Source: Octopus bimaculoides
Lineage: Eukaryota
Direction of reading: 5' to 3'
Assembly (NCBI RefSeq): GCF_001194135.2
Contig: NC_068984.1
Span: 29,691,397-29,755,396, forward strand
Length of the DNA: 64,000 nt
Shown here: piece by piece, positions 54,188 through 64,000 of the stretch
Numbering within the stretch: the stretch's first letter is position 1
Layout of the letters: each line of letters starts with the position of its first letter
The notes under the pieces: generated by a model
What the model was told of the DNA's origin: nothing
Seen by the model: the letters and a program-made list of their open reading frames with translations, nothing else
Database searches by the model: none
Translations under genes and position numbers: made by a program

Positions 54188-56087
54188 TTCAGTGCATGCA
54201 AGGGAATTTCTAATGAAATTTGCTTACGTATTCCAAACGTGAAATTAATTCAAAACACTATATCTATATATGCATGTTTGTGTATAACAGGCACAAAAAT
54301 CTACCGAGATCTCACTCTCAACATACTGAGAGAATTTAGCGTGAGAGACGCGATACTGATCTAGACAATCTAAATATCCCTTGCAGTTAATTTACTGCTC
54401 AAAATTTATAAAAAATTTGAAATATTCCCTTAACATGTGAATTCCGAAAACCTGAACAATGAGAGTGTTTAAACACACTACAAAAGCTTCGTTTCATTCT
54501 GTTTTTTCAAAGATATTTTTTAATAGTCAATAACTTTTAAGAAAATTTTGTGACTGTTTATTGTCGCAAATATTTGACTGTATAAAGTACATTTTTTTTN
54601 NNNNNNNNNNNNNNNNNNNNNNNNNNNNNNNNNNNNNNNNNNNNNNNNNNNNNNNNNNNNNNNNNNNNNNNNNNNNNNNNNNNNNNNNNNNNNNNNNNNN
54701 NNNNNNNNNNNNNNNNNNNNNNNNNNNNNNNNNNNNNNNNNNNNNNNNNNNNNNNNNNNNNNNNNNNNNNNNNNNNNNNNNNNNNNNNNNNNNNNNNNNN
54801 NNNNNNNNNNNNNNNNNNNNNNNNNNNNNNNNNNNNNNNNNNNNNNNNNNNNNNNNNNNNNNNNNNNNNNNNNNNNNNNNNNNNNNNNNNNNNNNNNNNN
54901 NNNNNNNNNNNNNNNNNNNNNNNNNNNNNNNNNNNNNNNNNNNNNNNNNNNNNNNNNNNNNNNNNNNNNNNNNNNNNNNNNNNNNNNNNNNNNTTTAACC
55001 CTTAGATAAAATATAAATGCTTGAGAATCACAGCATGATGTAATTCATACAAGTTGGCTCCTATGAACACTTTGATACATAAGAGATAAAAAGCAAGAAA
55101 TGAGACAATGTGAGTATTAGAATGCCATAATCATGTCAGAGAAGCAGTTAGAGTACAGAGAATGAAGGCTAAAAGATGAAACGAAATGTGTTCAGAAATG
55201 TTTAAATATATTAATCTTATATAAATACGAACAAAGACCGAATTACAAACAATTCCAATGAAAGTTCAAAAGCTTTGGATATATAAAGTTTATATTTATC
55301 ACGCTATATTTGAATACGGTACAACAAAAGTGAATTATATAAACATGCCCAATATGAATGCAGACAAATATAAGTGATAACTCAATTCATTAAGTTTTGT
55401 TATATATATATATATATATATGTGCACTATTCGATACTTACAAACTCATGCAAACTATTACACATTCACATACACAAACAGGCACGCACACATATAGCTA
55501 TATGAAATTACGTACATACGCATACATAGATGCATATATACTTACATAGATACATGCTTACACACACACACACATATCTATATATACACACGCACACATG
55601 CACACACATATGTATGTTGAGTATACGCACATATCTATAAATGTATATATTCACAGTCATATGTATTCATATATATGTGTGTGTATGCATGTACGCGCAC
55701 ACGCACAAACAAACGCACACTCACCCATATATATATATACACACACATATATATGTATATACATATACATACATACATACATACATAAATAGATACATAA
55801 ATAAATTGATGAATATATTAGTTAGATAAATAGATATATTCATTTATGATTATGTGTGCGCTTGTATATTTGCAGGATGAATGTGCACCTCAGCGTGTGT
55901 GTGTGTTATGCAATAAATACAAAATCTCTCTATATCTAAGTGTCTCTTGTGTGAAGCTGTTTTAGATAAATCTTGTAGTTGATCTAAAGTACATATAAGC
56001 ATATATACCCGAAGATACACACACACCCACTGGTCATCTCTCCAGTGTCAGAACAACGACCGTTTATTACATCACTGTTGGTTATAT

Positions 56088-56131
<44 letters not shown>

Positions 56132-56155
56132 NNNNNNNNNNNNNNNNNNNNNNNN

Positions 56156-56197
<42 letters not shown>

Positions 56198-56470
56198 GCT
56201 AACGCATATCCATAAACAAATATACAAGCAAGCATACATACATATATGCATGCATAGAATTGACCAAAGTGTTGTAGACACCACAACCCAATAAAATTCG
56301 AAGAGAGATTAAAGCTGCTTATTGTTCCTCCAATCCACAGAGAAAGAGCTAAATATGCCCTGTTTGTATATATTTTAATTGTATTACATACATACATGCA
56401 CACAAACAAATACATACACGCAAACAAATACATACACACATTTTCACACGCGCGCACAGACGCGCACATA

Positions 56471-56882
56471 ATATTTTCTACTCTATCGGAATTTTGGGGG
56501 AGGGGACCAATTGATTAGATCGACCCCACATACGCAACTGGTACTTAATTTATCGACCCCGAAAGGATGAAGGCCAAAGTCGACCTCGGCGGAATTTGAA
56601 CTCAGAACGTAAGACAGACGAAATACTGCTAAGCATTTCACCCGGCGTGTTAACATTTTTTATTTGTTTATTGCCCTTTAAGGAGCTAAACATAGAGGGA
56701 ACAATAACAGACAGACAATGGGATTACATCAACCCCAGGGTGTAACTGGTACTTAATTTATCGACCCCGAAAGGATGAAAGGAAAAGTCGACCTCGGCGG
56801 AATTGGAACTCAGAACGTAAAGACAGGCGAAATATCGCTAAGAATTTCGTCCGGTGTGCTAACGTTTCTACCAGCTCACCGC
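56471..56882 (-). mobile_element. SINE family B dimer (same architecture as 49831)
   Basis: On the minus strand: head gcggtgagctggtagaaacgttagc, core, tail1 ...agggcaataaacaaataa, junction at ~56658 into aaatgttaacacgccggg, core, tail2. Confidence 0.9.
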
Positions 56883-57184
56883 ATTACACCCCCCCCACAC
56901 ACACACACAATGAAGAATTACTGTGCGTGAATCCGTATGATTTTGTGATGTTGAACAGACCATAATCAATGGTTTTCAGCCAAGGGAGACCTATCGGGAT
57001 AGTGTTCACTCTAGTCACACATTCCTACAACAAACACTTTTTATGATACATCATACATGTTCCACATTTTAGCTAAGCTAGAAAAGATTGTCAAGAGTCC
57101 TATATTTCACTTAGCATAACAATTTCATTCATTAAATGTGCTTGTTTACTTTGAGGGAAATGTATACCTGTTGTTAATATTCCT

Positions 57185-57690
57185 TTCTTCACTAGGCACA
57201 AGGCCCAAAAATTTGGGGAAGCGGACCAGTCGATTAGATCGACCCCAGTACGCAGCTAGCACTTAATTTATCGACCTCGAAAAGATGAAAAGCAGAGTTG
57301 ACCTCAGCGGAACGTAAAGACCGGCGAAATACCGCTAATCCTTTAATCCCTTTCTGGGGTCAATAAAATAAATACCAGTTAAGCACAGGGGTAGGTGTAA
57401 TCGACTGTGCTGCTGCTCCGAAACTGCTGGCCTTGTGCCAAACTTTGAAACCAATATCATCATAGACGTGTTAAGGAGGTGAGCTAGTAGATTCATTAGC
57501 ACACAACACAAAATGTTTGGTAGTAGTTTGTCTGTCTTTGTGTTCTTAACTCAAATTCCACCAGGGTCGGCTTAGTCTTTCAACCTTTAGGGCTGGATAA
57601 AATAAGTGCCAGTTAAGTGTTAGGGTCGAAGTGATAAACTTACCCCTCTCCTCGAAAACTGCTGGCCCTCGGTCAAAGTTTGAAACCTTT
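57185..57690. mobile_element. Cluster of three diverged SINE family B copies (57185-57335 minus; ~57345-57460 and ~57470-57690 plus)
   Basis: Core and tail motifs taatttatcgacc, gggtcaataaaataaataccagtt, ctgctggccttgtgccaaactttgaaacc. Confidence 0.7.
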
Positions 57691-59084
57691 ATCATTTCAA
57701 TTATTGAAATTAATATTTTTAAATACCCTAATGTTGTTTTCCTGTTAAGATAAAATTTATTTTATTTTTCTGTTTTGTCTCTTAAAATTACGTTTGTGTT
57801 TAATTTTTAAGGTATCATTTCTCTTGGGAAAAGACATCTTTGATCCTCCTCTCATATTTTTCGATAGAACTGCCTCATGTCCACAGATTCTTTGAAACTT
57901 GCCATACTGAAAAAAAAAAAATAAAGAAAAAAGAAAAAGTCTGCAATAATTGATTTTGAAAAATTCTTTATAGTCAAAATTTGAATGTTTGTTGAATGTA
58001 ATTCATTGTCTTTCGTTTCTGTTGGTTTTTAATAACTGAAAATTTCTGTTTTTTTAGGCGCGTAGGAATTGCATTCACTTTTATGGTAGCTTCTCTTATT
58101 ACCACCTCAGTGAATGCCATGCTTACAATTGTAACTGAAATTGTTTTGGAACATCCCACCTTCAATTAAAAATATCAAATCTCAGGGAAAAGGCAGAAGA
58201 CTTTAAATCATATTCAATGTAACGCGTCGACATTCACACGGCCCTAAAGTGATATTGAATTTGTAAAACAATTCAGTATTTATACAGCAACATGCACTGT
58301 CAGAAACTACATGTCAGGTGACTCTGTGTGGATACATTCAGCAAATTCTGTGGGTTCCTACCGGATACCGTGTGGATAAAATGTTTTCCTAGCCTTACAC
58401 AAGCACGAAGGAAGAAAGTTATACCAGGAATGATTCTACTTGTCTGAAGAAATCCGACCCCGTAATTTCAGTCGGGTCGGAATCCCACGTACGTAGCTGT
58501 TTCAGTCTAAGATCATTCTCATTCATATTTAGAAATCCAGATCTTTCCGAAACAATGCTGATTCTGTTGCTGTTTATAATCCCCCACTACATCCAATTCT
58601 AGATGTTATTAAGAAAGTTACCATAATTGGAGGCCGACCCCAGTCCCAGAAGCTGAGAGCAATTGCCTATTGATTTAAAGAGAAACTACGTGTTTCATAG
58701 CATTTAGCTAAGTACTTCATCAACACATTGCTATTTTTACTTATAACATTGAAATTAATGAATGTTTTCGTGTTTTCATGTTTGACTATCGATTTAGTTC
58801 ATAATGCAGTTAATTCCTTTCTCTTGCTTTTGCTGTTGAGGAATGTAGGATTATCCAATTTCTCGTAATCTCGTTAAATCGATTTTCACTACGTCGCTTA
58901 TCTTGATGTACTTTTATCACTTTTGCCTTTTGTATATTATACCAGAGTTCTCTCTTCTAGACGCTATCATTTCACGAAGTGTCGAGCGGGCAATATCAGG
59001 GTTGGAAAAAGAATAGTAGCATGTCCGTGAGTATATATCTGATTGCCTTGTGTGTATACCTATATGCATGCGTACGTACGTACG

Positions 59085-59116
<32 letters not shown>

Positions 59117-60027
59117 TCTGTATATATGTATGTACACACATACACATCTGTATATATGCATATTCATATATATATATATATATATATATANNNNNNNNNN
59201 NNNNNNNNNNNNNNNNNNNNNNNNNNNNNNNNNNNNNNNNNNNNNNNNNNNNNNNNNNNNNNNNNNNNNNNNNNNNNNNNNNNNNNNNNNNNNNNNNNNN
59301 NNNNNNNNNNNNNNNNNNNNNNNNNNNNNNNNNNNNNNNNNNNNNNNNNNNNNNNNNNNNNNNNNNNNNNNNNNNNNNNNNNNNNNNNNNNNNNNNNNNN
59401 NNNNNNNNNNNNNNNNNNNNNNNNNNNNNNNNNNNNNNNNNNNNNNNNNNNNNNNNNNNNNNNNNNNNNNNNNNNNNNNNNNNNNNNNNNNNNNNNNNNN
59501 NNNNNNNNNNNNNNNNNNNNNNNNNNNNNNNNNNNNNNNNNNNNNNNNNNNNNNNNNNNNNNNNNNNNNNNNNNNNNNNNNNNNNNNNNNNNNNNNNNNN
59601 NNNNNNNNNNNNNNNNNNNNNNNNNNNNNNNNNNNNNNNNNNNNNNNNNNNNNNNNNNNNNNNNNNNNNNNNNNNNNNNNNNNNNNNNNNNNNNNNNNNN
59701 NNNNNNNNNNNNNNNNNNNNNNNNNNNNNNNNNNNNNNNNNNNNNNNNNNNNNNNNNNNNNNNNNNNNNNNNNNNNNNNNNNNNNNNNNNNNNNNNNNNN
59801 NNNNNNNNNNNNNNNNNNNNNNNNNNNNNNNNNNNNNNNNNNNNNNNNNNNNNNNNNNNNNNNNNNNNNNNNNNNNNNNNNNNNNNNNNNNNNNNNNNNN
59901 NNNNNNNNNNNNNNNNNNNNNNNNNNNNNNNNNNNNNNNNNNNNNNNNNNNNNNNNNNNNNNNNNNNNNNNNNNNNNNNNNNNNNNNNNNNNNNNNNNNN
60001 NNNNNNNNNNNNNNNNNNNNNATATAT

Positions 60028-60064
<37 letters not shown>

Positions 60065-60559
60065 CATTACGCTTAAATACACATATGTATGTATGTATGT
60101 ATATGCGCGCGTGTGTGCATGTGAACAGTGAGTGTGGACGTTGGAAATACGACTAAGAAATTTGGATTATATACCAACTCGTTTAAGTCGATTAAAACGC
60201 ATCGAAAATACTCAACTAATTGCTTCAAGTAATTATAAATTACTTATCTTAACGACATACTCTTCAACTAAAAATAAACCTTAAAACAAATTCTGATGTA
60301 CCGTGTATAATAAATGATTTTACGTAACACACATTTGAACGACAGACATTTTTATTTACTAAGAACCTACTCTTTATCAGGGTGTATCAAAGGAAATATT
60401 ACCTGTGGTTGGTCATTCACCTGATTTGGATACACAGCCAATCACGGCGGAAAAGCGTACAGAATCTAATTTATTCGTATACAATTGTCTTTTAGGTGAA
60501 TTACAATTCTAACTCTTTTTATATCTCTCGTACAGACACACATATATTCATATGCTCAT

Positions 60560-61760
60560 TTCTTCAGCATATGCAATCTTGTGTATACTATCTAGTTGTT
60601 GATTCGTTTTGTGCCTCAGCACGCATGCATTGTAAATATGTGTGCATATGTTTGTAGAATGGAAATATAAATATTTTCCGACCTCATGTTGCCAGATGGC
60701 TACTCAAATATATTTAACGGACGTCTCGGTTTCTAATTTACTGTCGGTCCACACGTGAACGCTCTGATAGTGCATTTCCAGTCTGACCCACATATAGTTC
60801 TTCACGATTCGGGCATTCGACGCAGTAAATTAAATTTCTGCGTTTGCAGTTCATATGTGCATTTGTGAATATTTACCCCATTTTGTGTTCATATATTGGC
60901 CGGTATGTATGTATTGGCATGTGCTACATCGGATATCTTTGCATTTAGGTACAGTGAATGATTGGTAGGTTTGCTTTGGCAATGTTGAAAATATTCTGGT
61001 GACATGGATTGTGTGTCACTATAAATGCTATGAATTGTTCCTGTTTTCCTCTTCTTTGGGCTGTCCTCAGTTGTTGCATGGGTATTTTTATAGCCTGCTC
61101 TATTCCATTTTCTGTATGTAGAGACGGGTACTTTTGTTTGTGCAAACATTCTCTTAGGCGTTTGTTCCTGATATTCGCTTCTTCTACAGTGGTACAAATT
61201 CTTCTGGATAGGCAGTATGGCATGTTGCGTTTTGTATGTGGTGGATGGCACAACTTAAAATTCAAGTATTGATGTGTGTCCGTGTGTTTTTAGTATAGAT
61301 CTGTGGTAACGGTGGTGTCGTTTTTGATAACCATTATATCTAGGAATTTGGTACTGTTCATCTCCTTTGTATAATGGAGAGGCAGGTGTAGGTTGTTCAG
61401 GGGGATATTAAACTCTTCAAATCTCTTCAAGTGTATTTAGAGATTTTGTGCAGATTATGAAACGATCGTCATGTTATCTCTTCCATGCCTTTTCAATATA
61501 CTTTCTAATTTCAGTGCTATAGTTTTCCTTTACTTCTTGGTATAGTTTTTGTTCTAAATATCCCATTACAGAATTCGCGTAAACGGGAGAAAACCTCATT
61601 CCCATCGCCGTGCCTTTAACGTGGATGTAATTCTTTCCATTGATGACGAATGTGTTGTTTTCCAGAATGGTCTGACTGTATCTAATAGAAATGGCACTGT
61701 GAGTGTGTTGGGGATCACTTCTCTATGGTTTTCTACCCAGTATTTAATCGCCTTTATTCC
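60560..61760 (-). mobile_element. Degenerate Penelope-like element: RT C-terminus plus GIY-YIG endonuclease
   Basis: VKGTAMGMRFSPVYANSVMGYLEQK; FLDIMVI; HQYLNFKLCHPPHTKRNMPYCLSRRICT; CKRRNLIYCVECPNREELYVGQTGNALSER. Confidence 0.9.
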
Positions 61761-63822
61761 TAAATTTTAGTTCATAGATCTATGAACTTTATATTATTAA
61801 AGAATTAAAAAATAATAAATTAAACTGATTAGAACTACAGTTAAGCCATTCAATTTCTTTTTCAAATATACCCAACTGTACCATGGATGTCATGCATTTT
61901 CCACTATATATATATATATAAAAGTTCAATTTAATTCAATATGCCGCAAAAATATAAATAGAATTGTCAAGATTTGATGATTTTATTAGCAGTGAATTTT
62001 GAAAGAGAATTTCTGTGAGGCCGGCATATATTTTGAATTATTGGTAATAGATATAATAGATTCGGCTGCGAACAAAATCATCGCCATTGTAACGCAGCAT
62101 CTATTTTTCACAGTTGCAATCCCAATTACGACGGACAAGTTTCACAATAGTCAAATTTGACCAATGTCTTCCTGCTTTAATTCTAATGATGGTTTGATGG
62201 TTTTCTTCGCCATCGTTTACACCTTCATACTTCAAGCAACGAACTGAAGATCTGAGTTGTATATATTTGTAAATTCACTGGGCAATGTTTACTGACAACA
62301 AAGTGTTTTCTATACAAACTATTTGTCCAATCTTCCGTAATCGATTTTCCTTATCTGAGCCTGCAAGGTGGATAATATTAATGTAAACAATTCGTTCCTG
62401 TGATCTAATATCTGATCATTGCTGAGACTAATCGCATGATTTAATCTGGAATTGAGTAAATAAAAATCTTGACGTTGAAGACAATTATTTCGAAATCAAA
62501 ACGCAGCGAACAGATCCACCAGCAAGCCATCTGCATCTATTACTACGACATTCACATACTGAATTGCAAATGGTTTCTTTGTATGGATACGTTTTATTTA
62601 AGCAAAAGCGGCCGCAACTGAACAGCAAATAATACACTCAGAGATAATAAGGATTTAATGAAATATAGCAGGGAGGTTATGGGGATAAGGATGGATGTTA
62701 AGGCTTTGCTTTGTGCACCTGTTATATGGAATGCGTTAGCTAAATAAACGAATCGAATCTTTCATTATATCGTTCGTGCGTTCAAGCAAAGTGTTCATAC
62801 AAAGACAAACTATTCGAATATCAAAATCGCTTTCAAAAGCACTGTGTAGTCGTAAGACAACATATTATAGTTGTAAGATTAAAATATATAGCTGCGAGAA
62901 TACACGGCATAAGTTAAAAGCTGCCTTCTCTGGAAGCCAAACTTCGGTTAGAAATCTCATTCAAATTTCCATTAGATCATATTGAATAAAAAAAGAATCA
63001 GTAATTGTATGATATAGTCCTGGATACAATGGCTGGAAAAATGACAGGATGTTGATGGCTGAAACCTCATTGATAATTGATCTTCTCGATTTAAGCAACA
63101 ATAACATGATTGGAATTTCCAAGTGAAAGATTGAAAGGTTCCTGGATTACATTGTATGCATACATTTTTTCAGTTATTTTTTTGCCCTTAAAATATCATG
63201 TTCCGTTGATTACATGTCGTCGCAATTTGTGTTTTACGTGAGATTTTTTAAGTCATGATCTTTTAATGTACATAATTCCTCATCTCTTAAATATAGAAAT
63301 GCATAATCTTTTGCTCGTATTTTTTGTTGTGATAGGAAATTCATCGTTTTCAACAGAGGTTAATACTTTTCTACGTTCAGAAATTCAAAGTCGCATTAAA
63401 CATGTTTAATACTCTTTGGATATTTCTTAAGCACGAAGTATAACAATTCAAATTTTCTTCATAAATAACCACCTCAGTTATTTCAACATCACTCATTATG
63501 ATTAAAATATTCTCCATCTTGAAGAAACAAATGTAAACTTGACAGTAGAACTCAAGTTATCCGTAAATGACAATTAAGATTTAAAACAATGAAACAAGCA
63601 GGGTCCTGGGAATTTTAAAACGTGTAATATACGTCATTGATATCATTTTCACTGCTGACATGAAAGCAAAAATACATATATCTAAATACACCATGATATA
63701 CTACGGAAATAATAGAGCACACACACACACACGCGCGCACACACACGCGCGCACACACACACACATATATATATATATAAACGCTCTGCATACACACACA
63801 GACACACTGACACTCGCACGCA

Positions 63823-63895
<73 letters not shown>

Positions 63896-63899
63896 ACAC

Positions 63900-64000
63900 G
63901 GCGGCGAGCTGGCAGAAACGTTAGCACGCCGGGCGAAATGCTTAGCGGTATTTCGTCTGCCGCTACGTTCTGAGTTCAAATTCCGCCGAGGTCGACTTTG
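63900..64000 (+). mobile_element. Young SINE family B, cut by the window end
   Basis: gcggcgagctggcagaaacgttagcacgccgggcgaaatgcttagcggtatttcg...gttcaaattccgccgaggtcgac. Confidence 0.9.

Noticed and set aside
58453-58481. GC-rich 8-bp hairpin as a Helitron 3' end
   Set aside because: No CTRR at the expected distance on either strand.
60436-60456. Promoter (agccaatca CCAAT box plus ggcggaaaa E2F-like site)
   Set aside because: Short motifs with no associated gene or CpG island, close to a PLE end; not supportable from sequence alone.
62000-63000. LRR C-terminal cap (NLTIVKLVRRNWDCNC) or other decayed gene on the minus strand
   Set aside because: A single short motif echo among many stops, with no upstream LRR periodicity.

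Overview
AT-rich animal genomic DNA, dense in microsatellites and transposons, with many assembly gaps (N runs, usually flanked by (TA)n). The tRNA-derived SINE families and overall repeat landscape suggest an octopod cephalopod (Octopus); this is inference, not a database result. I cannot support any intact host protein-coding gene, tRNA, rRNA or CRISPR array. Most ORF-track entries are microsatellite or N-gap artefacts, SINE antisense frames, or pieces of decayed transposon ORFs. Recognisable content: two Tc1/mariner remnants, an internally deleted Helitron, at least four R4/Dong-type and one HERO-type RLE retrotransposon remnants, L1/Tx1 fragments (including an apparent ORF1-only element), Penelope-like element (PLE) fragments, about 15 SINE copies from three families, and five fold-back structures. 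The most interesting observations are: (1) two near-perfect hairpins whose loops carry a minimal hammerhead-ribozyme-like motif; (2) an ~850 bp fold-back element with outward-pointing telomeric repeats at its core; (3) a SINE-in-SINE dimer with the same junction in three copies; (4) an ORF1-only retroposon whose 3' end resembles the SINE tails.
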